From Girardia tigrina (lineage: Eukaryota): a DNA stretch of 62,444 nt. Below, one piece after another: positions 39,012 through 53,004 of this stretch. Position 1 is the stretch's first letter. Every line of letters begins with the position of its first letter. A program made the position numbers and the translations under genes. The notes under the pieces were generated by a model. The model saw nothing but the letters and a program-made list of their open reading frames with translations, did not search any database and was not told the DNA's origin. The stretch covers positions 1-62,444 of the forward strand of contig MQRK01248054.1 of NCBI GenBank assembly GCA_001938485.1. Direction: 5' to 3'.

Positions 39012-42000
39012 TGGCGACCACAGCTCATGTGACAGCGAACATTATGGGACAAGAAAAATTTGATGGATCCGAGTCGAAATTAGATGACTTCAAAAAATTT
39101 CGAACGTTATGCGGATTTTATGGGTATACCAGAAGATAGAAGATTAGTGATGGTGACGATCTTCATGATTCCATCAGCAATCACAAAATTTTCAGAATCA
39201 GATGGAAATACGTATAAAGAAAAGCTTAAAACGGCATTTGTGAAAGAAAAATCTTTGCTCGACACAATGAAGGATATTTTAAATCTCCGGCATACAATAC
39301 GGTAGGTAAACATGATGAATGGAAAACGGTAGGCAAACGTAAACCACACTATATAAAACGCAACCAACAAAGAAATATCGAAAATAGGTACACTAATCAA
39401 AGAAATAATGAATACAAACCAAGAAATAACTATTCAAAAGTTTTAAAATGCTGAGCATGTCACGAAGAAGGACACATCAGAAGAAACTGTCCAAATATAA
39501 AGTGTTCTTATTGCAATAAAAATGGCCATATCAGGACGCAATACTACATGAACAAGAATAGATTTAAAGAAAGAGACCAATATGCCAGGAAAAATGAATG
39601 GCAAAGAACAAATAACCCACGAAATCAACAGAGGCATCAAAATTGAAGATATGATATTGCAGAAATGCATGATGAAAAAGATTACAAAAAATATGAAGAA
39701 ACACGATCAAATGAAGGAAACTCGAGGCAAAGAATTTTTATAGATAATAGACAAGTATACGACAAAGACCAGGGAAATGAGGATGCACGATCACAAGGAG
39801 AGGTGATCAGTGTGCTTCACTAAAAAGTAAAAATGTGTGTGTGTGTGATTGTGTATGTAATGGTATGTATGACTGTATGTGTGATTGTGTGTTGGAAGAT
39901 ACCCCTCACGAAGTTTGTTTATTAGATTGTTGGAAAGAAGAATTTGAAACATACTGTTTTGATAAGGAGATAAAGAAAAAATCGCAAAAGTTGAAACAGG
40001 AAGAAATTTTGAAAATATCAAAGCTCAGTATTAGATATGACAAATTGATGGTGACAAATGGAAGACCAAGCATTGAATTTAATACAAAGAATATGAATGT
40101 TGAATGTCTTTTGGATACCGGTGCCAAAGTAAATGTTGTTAAAGCAGATATACTTAAAAGTTTGAAAGATGTTCAGATAGAGAAAACGAGTAAACGCATT
40201 CATTGTGCAAATGATTCAGAACTTATAAATTATGGAATTGTTAAATTAAAAGTAATAATTGAAGGAGTACAAAAAAATTATAGAGTTTTATGTAGTCAAA
40301 GAACTCAACCCAGAAATGATAGCAAGAGTTGACTTTTTGGACAAATTTGGAATAAAACTAAAGAAGGAAACTATAGATTCAAGTGACATATGGATGATTA
40401 GAGATAGTCCAACAGATGATGACAGAATAAAGAAAATTAAAGAAATATTTAACACCAAAGTTGACAACAAACTAATGAGACTAGTAACAGAATATAAATC
40501 AATATTCATGGCTGACAAGTGGGATGTTGGGAAAACTTCCTTAACAAAACACAAAATAGAAACTCTTGGAGAACCAGTCTTAGTGAAGCCTTATCGACTA
40601 CCACAACATTTTGAAGAGAAACTAAATGATGTCATTAGAAATTTTGAAGAAAACGGTATAATTGAAAAGTGTAGTTCTCCATGGAACTTCCCTCTGGTGT
40701 GTGTATGGAAAAAAGAGAAACAAGACATCCGAGTATGGGTCGATTTTCGACAGTTAAATAAAATTAGGTAAGACCAGCATTTCCCATGCCAAATGTGGAT
40801 GACATGTTAAACACGTTGAATGGAGCAAAATATTTTAGTACAATCGATCTGGGAAATGCATATTATCAGGTTTAATTAGAAGAAGATTCAAAGATTAAAA
40901 CTGCGTTTTCAACAAAGAATGGTCAATATTGTTTTAAAAGAATACCTTTTGGAATTGCAGCGGCTCCAGCTACCTTTCAAGAATTAATAGTGAAAGTTCT
41001 AGGAGATTTGAATTGGAAAGAAGCAGTCGAACATATTTGGATGATATTTTGATTTTTGCAAAAGGTAGAGAAGAATATCTTCAAAGAATACATAACGTAT
41101 TTGAGAAAATTAAAGAATCAGGTTTCAGAATAAATCCTGAGAAATGCCAATTCCTAGTAGAAAAAACAAAATTTTTAGGATATGTCATAAGTAAAGAAGG
41201 TAATGAGACAGATAAAACAAAGATTGATGTAATTAGAAAATTTCAAAACCCGTCATGTATCAAACATTTAAGAAGCTTTTTGAGTTTGAAGAATTACTAC
41301 AGGAAATTCATAAAGGATTACTCTAGATATGCAAAGGTTTTAGAAGGCTTATGTGGTAAGAGCAAGGATAACAGACTGATTTGGACTGAAGAATAATGAT
41401 GACTCTTTTCAAAAATTAAAAGAAAGAATGATTAAGACACCAATTTTGGCATACCCTGATTTTTCAAAAGACTTTATACTCGATACAGATGCAAGTTTTG
41501 ATACAATAGGAGCGATAATATCACAGAAAGACATATGTGGAAGAGAATGAGTAATTGCATATGGTTCCCATAAAATGAATAAACATGAACTTGGTTATTG
41601 CATTACAAGGAAAGAAATGCTTGCAATTTATTATTTCACTCAACATTTTAAACATTTTTTTTATGGGAAAAGATTTTTGTTACGAATGGATCATAAAGCT
41701 ATCACTTTTATGATGACTACGAAAAACGCTATTACGCCACAGTTTCAAACATGGATAAATTTTCTTAGTGGTCTTGACATGAAAATAAAATATCGGAAAG
41801 GTGAGAAACATACAAATGCTGACGCAATGTCTAGAAATTCTTGCGAATTGTGTAGCCAATGTCAGATGATGCATGAAGAAGCCAAGAAAGGAAAGACCAA
41901 GACGAGAATTCTTGCATTGGACGAAGAGTCAGAGGGTTTCAAATGGCAAAAGAATAATGAAGAAATAAAACAAATTGTTGAAGATATCATAAAAGGGAAA

Positions 42001-43008
42001 ACGAAGAAATGGACACTAAAAAATGACATCGTGGCAACTCAGGACAATAAATACTGGATCCCAAAAGAAAAACGAACATATTTTATTGAAGAGATGCACA
42101 AGCTGTTATGCCATGCTGGTAGTAAAAAAGTCTATAACTATCTTCGAGAAGATTTTGACATGGAAAATATGAGGAATTTCATTAAAGAAATAGTCCAAAG
42201 TTGTTTAAATTGTCAAAAAAGAAGGACATTAACAGCGAAAACGAAAGAAAAACATATAAAATTATCGGCAGATGAACCTTTCCAGAAAATATACATGGAC
42301 TTCTGTGGACCATTCAAAAGAAACATAAACGGATATCAATACGTACTTGCAATAGTAGACCAATTCAGTAGATATATTAGCCTGAATGCAGTTGCTAGTC
42401 AAGATGAAAAAACAGTTCGTAGAGTGATATTGGACAGATGGATATGGAAATTTGGACCTCCAAAAGAAGTCCATGTTGATAGAGGAAAAACATTTAAATC
42501 GGCTTTGTTCAAAGATACAGTTAAAAAGTTCAAAGTCGAGATAATCTATTAAAATTCATATCACCATAATACAAATGTGATAGGGGAAAGACAATTTCAA
42601 ACAATCAAAGATGCTATAAATATTAGAATGAAGGACGGAAACCACAGAGATTGGACAGAAGTTTTGTTGGAAATAGAATTTATGTTGAATAGTACAGTTC
42701 AAGCTACGACAGGTGTTTCACCGGCTGAAATAATATTTGGGAGACGATTAAGACATTGGTGGAAGAACAATAAAGAAACTAACGGAAACCAAGTTAATGT
42801 CGAACAAAATGTGGAGACAAGAAGAATTTTTGAAGTTGGAGACAGAGTGTTGATAAAAAAGAAAATATATCAAAAGAGGATGACCGTTACATGGGTCCGG
42901 TAATTGTGTTGAAACGAAATCACGAAAGGAGTTACGAGTTACAGCTCGAAGATGGTAGAATTTTGATTAGAAATGTTGAATGGCTAAAGCCATTTACACC
43001 GAGGGGGA

Positions 43009-43421
43009 TGTGAGGGATGTTTTGAATTGTGTGTTGATATTGTGCATGTTGTATGTTGATTCGGATTGTGCCTCTCCCACACAGATGGATGATTGATATT
43101 TTCTTTGATTCTTACTAATTAAAAATAATTTAATTTAATTTTAAAGTAAAAAGATTTTAAATAATTTTTGAATGTATTATTTATTTTTTAATGTAATTTA
43201 AAATTTTAATATATTAATTTAATATATTCTTTTTTAAAAATGTTTAGATTTAATTTCAACCAATTACATTCTTTATAATTAATATTTTTTATTAACAGAT
43301 TTTCATTTATTGAAAATAATTAGTTTGAACTCAGAAATAAATTGATCAAGAGAGATGTAAAATAGTGAATGCGCTTGTGATAATAATAAATGTTGCAAAA
43401 CTCATATTGATGTTGTTAATA
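43009..43421 (+). repeat. 3' LTR
   Basis: Begins TGTGAG after the polypurine tract; ends GTTAATA. Confidence 0.93.
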
Positions 43422-43959
43422 AAAATAATGTCTACATATAATTTGTTCATGTTCTTTTAGCTTTAATCTCTGTTAGGAAAATGATGAAATCATGATAAGA
43501 AATATAATTATCAAATCCAAAAGAAACATATTGAGGTTATAAATAAGATAATAATTAATTAAATAGAATTAGCATAAGTCAAACTTTCATATACCTATAC
43601 ATATTTAAATATAATGTAGAACCCAATAGGTACTTCATCAATTTCCCTGGCGAGATCAAAGGGCCAGATGGGATTGATTGTGTAGAATATGGATCTCTAA
43701 TAAGTATGAGTTAGGGACACTTAGCGGAGAGACATATCAAAATAATATGTTGGGTCAAATTGCAACACTCACAGTACAAAAAATTAATAAAATCAAAATA
43801 ATAATATAAAACCCAACAAAAGTAAAAAATTTTAATTCATAATAAATGAAATAACAATATCTATATTTATATCTATTTTTATTTATAATGGTTTTTGTAA
43901 AAAGAAAGTGAAAAAGGTCCTCGAAAATATTTGTTTAAAAAAATTAAATTTTTAAAGAA

Positions 43960-44700
43960 ATAAATTTTTATGTTAATGATTTCTTCTCTTGATTAAGAAC
44001 CCAAAAGATCAATTCCAGAATTTTGAAGATCGAAATTCCTTGAGTTAAAATGTAAGGATTCTGGAATGATAAAGATATTTGCAGTTTCTTGGAATGCTGT
44101 TCGAGATACTTTTGGTGTAGAAATAAAACTACCGACAGAATAAATATCAAATAAAATGAAATTTTCAGTACGATCGCAAGAATCATATTGTGTTCGGATT
44201 TCATAAAAATGAAAAAAAATAATTTTCCAAGGGATGAGGATGCTCTACTTAAATTGGAATGATAGATAGCCGATAAAATTGCTTCTTAAGATAAATTGGT
44301 TAAGTGGTGCTGAAAGACAAAGAGATGTTGAGTTCGTAAGAGTTTTATTTAAAATTAAAGAAGCCAATAGAGAGTTATATGTTTTTTATGTATCTAGGTA
44401 TGCTTATGGAGCAGTCGTATATGCTAGAGAAGAGGGAGAAGATGAATTGAGAAAAAATATTCCGATATCAAGGGTGCAGGTAACTCCTGCGAATGTTGGA
44501 TCAATTACCAGATTAGAACTGGTTGCTGCTTGCTTGGATAAGAAATGGGCATCGAAAAGTCTCAAACATTGAAGATGAAAATAAAATAGATTCTTTTCTA
44601 AAGAGATAGTCAGGATGTACCATACCGAATTACCAAGGATCGGATGTTCATAGATCTTTTTTAAAAGATGCAACAAAAAATTGATTTATGTCTAAAGTCT
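43960..44700 (+). mobile_element. BEL/Pao RNase H region remnant
   Basis: ELYVFYVSRYAYGAVVYAR..ISRVQVTP..SITRLELVAACL, the Pao Peptidase_A17-like signature. Confidence 0.75.
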
Positions 44701-46624
44701 TGTAGATCTTGTGTCCGATTGCGCGATGAGAATTAAATCATAAGAAAGTACACAAATTGAATGGTGTGCTACAAACAGTAAATGCGAAATGTTGTTCAAG
44801 ATTAAGACTTTTTGATAAAATATCATCGCACCTGGAGCGGAGAATTGCTGACTTGACCGAACATTTTTGCCAGTTTCAGATATAAATGAAATATATAATT
44901 AAATTAATCAATTAAAACAAATTAAATAATTAATTAAATTAAAAGAAATAATTAAATAAGTAAATAAATAATAAATTAAAAATATATATAATCAATAAAT
45001 TAAATAAATTATAAAATAAAATTTAAATAATAAAATAATTGTAAATTAAATACTCCGGTCAAAAAATGGGATTGTTCGAGCAAATAAATAAAGAGATTCA
45101 AAATCTTAAGAGTTTAGTAAATTCATTAATATTGGATTCACAGAGTATTTCTAATCAAGCTAAAACTAAAATTATCGAAATAACAAATCAATCGATGGTT
45201 ATGGAAAGATGTAAATTATGAATTGTGAGCCTCCTTTGTGAAATTATGTATGCGTGGAATTATGTAATTGCAATATGATCAGGTATGTATTTTATTTGGT
45301 GATTGGCTTGTGTGAATCTCTGGCAATGTAAGTATGTTTGTGTTTGTGTGTATGAATGTGATATGTATTGTGTGTAAGGAATGTATGAAATGTAAATAAT
45401 TGATTGGTTATGTATGTGTGTATTTATTTGTGAATTATAATCACAATTTTTTAAATCAATTTTTTGAAAAGTCATTTTCAAGTTTTCAATTTCAATGTCA
45501 AATAAAAGTTTTTCAAAAGGGAGTTCTTTTAATTCAATTTAAATAAAAAAAGAGTTCAGTTAATCGAAATTTATAAATAATTTTACGGTGATTTAAAAAG
45601 AAAATAAATTGACAAAATAATAAAAAATGTGGGAAAAATTTGGTCATGAAGTTAAAGGCCAATATAAAGATGAACAACTGAAAGTCATTTGTTCAGCTTT
45701 CATTTGTTCACCGTGTCATCATTTTCTCGGTTGGGATATCGCTACATTTGAATTTCGTAAACGAGATGGGTTTCCGATGAATATTTTGTTCAATAAAATG
45801 AAAAGCACCTTTCAACCCACATGCACAATGAGAAACAATTCTTCTCTTTCTAAAATATCGCGGAGACACGGTTTCCTGTCCAGCACCCAAAGTAGTTGTG
45901 ACAAGTTTATCAAGTTGGCTACGATTCACGATATAATATATTACATATTAAATATTTTACATATAAAATATTACATATATGAGGGGTTAATTTAAATTTT
46001 CATCTCTCCAGAATAATTTATTATTTTTTTAATTTAAAAGGTAAAATATTTTAATGTTATTAAATATTTTATGCTTAAATTTTTTATGCTTATTAAATAT
46101 TTTAAAATTAAAAATGATATCATAAAACAACTATTAAAAAATCAAATACGTTTTAAAAATAAAATATGTTTTAATGTGTTTTTTAAATATTTTAAAAAAT
46201 TAAAAATGATAAAATAAAAGAAAATCATAAAAAAATAAATATCTGTTTAAAAATAAAAAATATTTTTTAATGTATCTATTAAATATCTTAAAATTAAAAA
46301 TGATAAGAAAACCATTAAATATTAAATATTTATTTATAAAAAAATATTTTACAGTCATAACAATTTATATATTTTAATATAAGTTATGAAACAATTTTTA
46401 ATTCATTTTAAAATAATTTTTAGTTTTAATGTGAAATGTATTTAATAAATTTGCAAGATTTTAAAAATTGAATCAAAAAGAATTTAATAGATTAATTTGT
46501 GGCCAGATAATTAAATTAACAGATAAATTTGTTTAAATATGTGAATTGCTGTTATATTAATAATTTTGGTGTTAAAAAATGAATTCAGATATTGATGTTT
46601 CAACCACTTCTCATAACATATATA

Positions 46625-46710
46625 TTACATATTAAATATTTACAATATTTAAGTTACATTTTAAATATTTACAATATTTAAGTTACATTAAATATTTTAC
46701 AATATTTTGA
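46625..46710. repeat. AT-rich ~28 bp tandem repeat, about 3 copies
   Basis: ttacat(t)taaatatttacaatatttaag repeated. Confidence 0.7.
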
Positions 46711-47199
46711 AAAAACATTTAATGATAATATTTATTAAATGAAGTATTTTTTGGTACCGTAGTTGTTGGACCGTGGGTGCACTTAATTATGCACAAGCAT
46801 TATGGCTTGGTTTTGCATATTTTTGAGTGTCTCAGTAGGCAAGGAACCTTGTGGTGCTTATCTCCTCTCAAGATATGGATGGCCGTTGGCTCCAAGGAGC
46901 TCATCCGCCTTTTGCTAGGTTTTGTTTTTCATCCTGCTAGGTATCCACACATCCTCTTCACCGAGGTTGCTCTTGGTGAGGGAGCCGGTTTAGTCGCCAA
47001 CTATTCGACCATGGGACATATATTACAGGTTTACATTGTACATGTAGCAAACAGCTAGTCTGACCTAACCTGAAATATTTAACATGACAAAATATTAATG
47101 TACTTTTGTTTAAATAATATCTATTAGAAAATTATTCGTTTTTGAAAAAAAAATTTGCACATTCATTATTCGTTGTTACAATCTATTCGGATGATTATG

Positions 47200-48620
47200 A
47201 AAATCCAAGGATTTTGGATCCGGCCCCATATCTTCCTTTCTTGTTGGCGGATTTTCCGTTAAATATGTATATGGAATTGGATTAAAAGAAACAAATCAAC
47301 TAAAAATCTTGGACAATTCAATCGGGTTAACCAGACGATCTACGAACAGCCAACTGATTAATGTGAAATATTACGAAGGGCAGACTATCGAAGATTACAT
47401 TTCCCAAGTAAAGATGCTGGCATCTTTACTCGACAATCTAACCAAGGCAGCCTTCAAGGCTGAATTGCCAAATCGAGTTGCAATTGAATTTAGAGCAGAC
47501 AGGTAATCAAGATTTAACCGAAATGGTTGAATATAGTCACAGGTATTTAGGAATTAAAATGTACGTACCACAAAGTTCAATGTCAGTGGTACAAAACGGT
47601 AGTGAGGACAAAATTGTTTCTAAAGAACAAGATGAGGTCAAGAGCGGTAGAAAGAGCTCCTTTACAAAACTTGTATCCCTCATGACGGAAATCTGGTTAA
47701 AAACAAAGGTGAACCGTTATGAAAATTCTCAGTAGCAATCTAATAGACAAATAAGTTGCTATAAAGATTAGTAACTTGGACATATAGCAAAAAACTGCAA
47801 GTTGGGAAACGAAAAGGAGAATTAATAAGCGCCGATTCTTTCCCTTCGACATTCCTGGTGCTGTCAACCATGACTGTCATCGTTAACAACAGGTCGATTA
47901 CAGCTTTGATAGATTCGGGTTACTTGAAAACAGTTGTTTTGAAAGGGTTGATCAAGGGAAGATTCTTAGTGTCATATGGGTAAGGAATTTTTTTGGCAAA
48001 TGGCGATGATATTTGTGTTGGGATTTGTGACGCAGAATCAACTATAGACAATAGAACTATGAAAGTAGAATGATCTGTCATGAAATACTTACCCTATGAT
48101 TTGGGAATTTTAATCAGTATTAATGTTATAAGTGAACTTGGGGGTGTGAAAGTTAATAAGGGTGTTGTCGAATTTGGCGTGTGTGTAGGATAAAGAATAA
48201 AGAAGGCAGGGACAATCTGAGTGGTGTCACAGATGTTGTACCACGTGTTCACATGAGCAAACACAGTTATGGCATTGATTTTAAGGATAATTGAACAGTT
48301 AAATGAAAGTGGAAAGAATAGGCTCCGAGTTATCTACCGATTCTGCATTCGACCTTGAATGATGAAAAATTGAAAGACGTAGTCACAATGAAAATCCTTG
48401 AAGATTGGAGGAAAATGGCTATTTAATCGAATATGACGAGAAGGAAATTAGTAAATCGATAGGATCTATACCTATATTTGGAATATTGCATGTTAACAAA
48501 TCCTAAATAAGATTGATCTGTGATTTTAGGAAGTTAAACAATTATGTAGACGTGTACAGTGACTCAGCAGATGTATGTTTGGAAAAACTTCGGACCCGGC
48601 GGCGAAAAGGATAAAGATTT
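47200..48620 (+). mobile_element. Ty3/Gypsy remnant (gag, protease, start of RT), related to the 3490-6399 element
   Basis: ALIDSGYLKTVV protease; LICDFRKLNNYVDVYSDSADVCLEKLRTRRR parallels PVLDFRELNPDISSYTMDLDSCDAKLREWRQ. Confidence 0.75.
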
Positions 48621-48752
48621 CCCATGTTTGATGTTATGTTGGTAGACGAAGGACGGATCCTGCAATACGACGGAGATAAGTCCGATAAATATCTCATGAA
48701 GATTACCGGCACTAAATGGCTTTCAATATGTAGCATGTGGGCTGCCATGTGA

Positions 48753-50806
48753 GAATTGCTTTTAACATGCCCAGTGGACTCACAATTATGAAATTACTAT
48801 TATCTTTAATAAATGTGGTCTTTCTTTATATATAACTAAAATATTGGCAATTGTTTATTTAGTGTACCTTTTATACATATTAAAAATTATACTTTATATA
48901 TCACATGGCTAATTAAAAATAATCCAAAGTTTTCTATATAATGTTTATTATTCAAAATGAATTGATTTAATTGAACCAAATGATGAAAATATATTCAGTT
49001 TCTTTTATTTAATGATTGCTTATAATCTAATTATTGATATAATGTGTCAATCCACATTCTTCGATTATGTCTTTTATGACATATGGTTGCAAACTATTCT
49101 GAAGAATGTCGAGTCGGCAATAACCGTTACTGCGACCAACTGATCCGTCTTTATTTCTACATAGCGATATATCGAGAATGTGAGGAGCGATATTCGTATC
49201 GTTTCTGAATAACAGGCGGACAAAGAATTGTGTTAAAGGTTCGTCATCAATCAGTATCGATTGTGGATCATGATACAGTTCAACAATCACTGTACTCGCT
49301 AAAGGAGGTCTAACTCCATTGAAACTTCCCAAATGACTCAAAAATGCCGATATTGTACTGTCGTGTGTAAAGAAACCGATCATTTTCAATCCACTTTTAT
49401 CGATAGCAAATGATCTTGCACGCTTGTTCATATTTTCCATAATATTGGTTGCTAATGGCCCACCCCGGTATTTCGTTAATGCTGTATTTGAATATGAAAT
49501 AACATAATTCAGATTACTAAGATTGTTGCACTTCTCTACATATGTCATATTCAACCAATTCGGAAAAGTCAGATTCGTTTGATTCCAAACCAGAATTGGG
49601 TCACATATTTTGAAAGCTTTATGAAAATCGATATTATTAACTCCTAAAATAACAGTCATTATTATTTTTAATTTACAATTTATTTAATTCTTTTAAAANN
49701 NNNNNNNNNNNNNNNNNNNNNNNNNNNNNNNNNNNNNNNNNNNNNNNNTAAATCAAACCCGAATGTCTTTCTAATTCCTTGAAAAATATTGAATGTTGCT
49801 CAAGAATTTTTGCGTACTTTTCTGATCTAAATTCTTCTGAAAGACGTTCACTATGATAGGGACATTTACTGGACATTTTTAATATAAAGTCATATAATTT
49901 TGGAACTGTATGAACAGGAACAAATTGGTTTTCAAATAATGTACTCATCGCAGCCAGGGCACTCATAATTGTTCTATCACAATCTGAACTTCTAATGTAA
50001 ACTGCTTTCTATAGTTTTAGATGTAATAAATTAATAAAAATAAATAATAATAATAACCTTATGAAAAGTATTTGGTAAAAAATCATGATAATTCTTTCTT
50101 AAAAATGTTCCAACTTCTTTCAATTGATCGATACCTCTAGAAGTAAGTTGTCCTAATCCTTTTGTCCACAAATGTCTATAAGGATCAGAAGGATAAGTAG
50201 AACAAGGGCTTCGTGCACCATGTCTGGTTATAGTGTGGATTTGAATGAGCTCAAGAGAAAAAGTCATTGAAGGAAAGAAGCTCACAGTAAAATAAAATGA
50301 AAAAAGTAATATTATATTCATTGTCCTTTTGATAAAATGTTTGTAGAATTACTTGAAATATGGAATATTAAAACGAAAATTCAAATTAAAGCGGAAAAAT
50401 TAATTGGTTAATTTCGTAATATTTCTTAATATTTTGAAATTATGAATGCTCTAAACTTAATAATTTCAATTCAATTAAAATTCATTAGGCGAGAGCATGT
50501 CAACGAGTGTTAATTTATTAATTATAAAGTGCGACGAAAAGAAAAAAAAGTATTCAGAGTAAATATCTTATTATTTCCGATGAAGAAAATAAAATTGGGA
50601 ATAATTGTACTAATATTATGAAAAAGATTTATAAGATCGACGATTCGAAATGCGATAAGGATTGTTTGAATATTAATAATTTCCCGATGAGCACAGATTG
50701 GGTTCTTTTCAAGATCCGAGTCATGGGAAAAATTGTTCTCAGTCATTTACAACTTGAAGCGACTTGTGGTTTGGAAGATGCGGGTTTTATGGAAGTGACT
50801 GTTAGT
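48753..50806. repeat. Left arm of a ~2.05 kb inverted duplication
   Basis: Reverse complement of 54811-56864; matching positions sum to 105617 throughout, so no net indel. Confidence 0.97.
49027..50321 (-). CDS. Histidine acid phosphatase (prostatic/lysosomal type), secreted, 3 exons, copy A
   Basis: Signal-peptide-like N-terminus; RHGARSP catalytic motif; GLGQLT; YIRSSDCDRTIMSA; FTHDSTI proton-donor motif; PPLASTVIVELY. Exons 50321-50058, 50008-~49750, 49643-49027; second donor is masked. Confidence 0.93.
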
Positions 50807-51350
50807 AATATAAATCTTTTTTTTATTATAAAACAAAGACTGATGATTATGTATTTAATTTAATTATGTTTGGAATAATTTATTCGACAAACGAACTCTG
50901 TTCTTGAACAATGATGATTTTTAATGTTCTAAAGAATCGATTCAAAACGTTATTTCGAATTTTGTTAATTTGGATAAAATACTGATTGTCAATTGTGATA
51001 ACGATTCAAATGGTAAATCGAATTTACTTCGACATGATGGCCCATTTGAGTCCGTCGATTCGCGGTCGAGTTAGGAAATTCTTTTGAATCGACACCGTCA
51101 TCGTGCCAGCACAGTATCAGCAGTGGTTTCAGATTGAATATTTTTTCGAACAGCTTTTTGACTGTTCCGAATCTGTTAATGGATTGTCATTGAACAATAC
51201 CAATAATAGTGATTCTGGCGACAGTGGTCAATCGTTCGCGATGGATGAGAGAAAAGAGTAGCTTTTGGCTAAGGTATTCTCCATATTAATATCTCCACAA
51301 CCCAGAAATAGGACAAGAAAGCTGGGGATAAGTGGTGATGATTTAATTAA
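50618..51350 (+). pseudogene. Possible decayed gene transcribed divergently from the phosphatase
   Basis: ORF MKKIYKIDDSKCDKDC..GFMEVTV, then after an AT-rich intron-like gap protein-like text with stops (SKESIQNVISNFVNLDKILIVNCD..SDSGDSGQSFAMDERKE*). Confidence 0.3.
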
Positions 51351-51423
51351 AATTATAATTTTTAAGAAATAATATTATTTCTAGAAAAAATCCGTCATAA
51401 CGTTTAGAAGTCTGTTCTAAGTA

Positions 51424-53000
51424 AAGTGAAACCTCTATAAGTTGAAAGTCGCTGTGAAGAAATTTTATTTAAACTTATGAAGGCTTTCAAGTTGGAGAAA
51501 ATAAACTCCTATATCACAGCTATTGAATATGGCATGAAGAATGAGAATAATATTAATAAATTTATTTATTTTCTAATGATCCATGAATCAAGAGAGTTTT
51601 GCCTAAGACTTTTCATACACTGTAGCTGAGCCTTTTCAAGGTTTGATTCCAAGGCCATCACATCTTCAGATAACCGTGGTACTAGTCTAAATTTGAAATT
51701 TCTTAATTTTTGCACAGAGTGAAGAGCTTCGGGCATGGGATGCCTGTTGTTATATCTGTTGTTTTGCGAATGTGTTCGTTGAAGTCACTTCCCACTTCTT
51801 GTGTAGTAACCTGTAGAATATCATCGAGGATATCGTCCGGGGAATCTCTAACAGAGTGGGGAAGTATTATGCCATTATCAAATGTTCCAAACATCTTCCT
51901 GCAACGAAACGTGTTGCAGGTGCTGAAGAATGTTGGCAAAATTATCGATTTCCTCAACGTTATCAGATGTGTCCATGGAAACTTCATATTGAGACATGAC
52001 ATATAAAACTATAAAATAAATTACATGATTCTTGATGGAAACTTGCTTTCCGAAAACATTTAATAATTGCTTCTGTTTTTACAGTCTTCCCAGAACAAAC
52101 AATCCAACGAATTGCACTTAAGACAGACACTTTGCGTGTGAAATCTCTCACAGATGTGCATGAGTCTGCTTCCAATATCAATTTCTGTAATAAAAATTTA
52201 CGATAGTTAATCTAGAAATTTTGTTTTATTCCTTGATCAAGGGGTAGAGCTTCAGATGTCATATTTGGAGGAAGGTGTAATAGTTTTATGTTGGATAATT
52301 GAATATCTGCGTAAGAGGGTGCATTATCAAGGATTAAAATAATTTGGCGCTTTTCTAACTTTATTTTTTATTTATATCAGTTAACCACATCGTGAATATT
52401 TCTCTTGACATTCAAGCCTTCTTATTATATCGCCAAATAATTGGAAGCTTATCCACATCAATATGTGCAGACCTAAAAGCACGTGGATAAGCTGCATGAC
52501 CAATTACAAGTGGTTTGAATTTCTCACCAAAATAAAGATTAACAATAAGTTAAGAAAAAAAGGTGCAACATTGTTTAAAAATTTTCCTGTCATACTTGTA
52601 GCAAGAAGGATTGAGCGGCGGTCCTTGGAGTAGGACTGAAAAACCCTGTTTCATCAGCATTAAAAATGTCTTTCTGGTCGTCTGTTTCAATGATTGAAGG
52701 GATTTTACGTTTGAAAGAGTCCACTGCGCTTGTATTCAAGTCGTCTGCTTCACCATTCAGAGTGCGAAAATCAATGTCGTTCCTCTTACGAAACTTTTCG
52801 AGTCACCCATTACTAGCTATGAAATCGACGATATCCAAGGAATTTGTTATTATTAAGGCTTTATCCTGTAGCATTTGGCAAGATATTGGAATATTTTTCA
52901 TGCGGCATAATGTAAAAAAGTCTAAAACTTTTGTGTTAAGTTCTGCTTTATTATTTTCTTTTAATTTTCGTTTTCTATATGTATTGCAATTATTCACTAC
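51424..53000 (-). pseudogene. Tigger/pogo (CENP-B-like) transposon remnant
   Basis: KNIPISCQMLQDKAL..FIASNG, IFNADETG, ILDNAPS..LPPNMTSEALPLDQGIK, AIIKCFRKA; Tigger-like terminus AGTGAAACCTCTATAAG near 51426. Confidence 0.85.
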
Positions 53001-53004
53001 TTTC

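Larger units (their letters stand above)
38597..43421 (+). mobile_element. Full-length Ty3/Gypsy LTR retrotransposon (defective ORFs)
   Basis: Two ~414 bp LTRs; PBS TGGCGACC at 39012; gag with two degenerate CCHC knuckles; protease LLDTGA; RT (SSPWNFPLV, DLGNAYYQ, PFGIAAAPATFQ, YLDD); RNase H DTDAS; integrase; PPT GAGGGGGA; flanks AAAAC / AAAAT. Confidence 0.95.
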
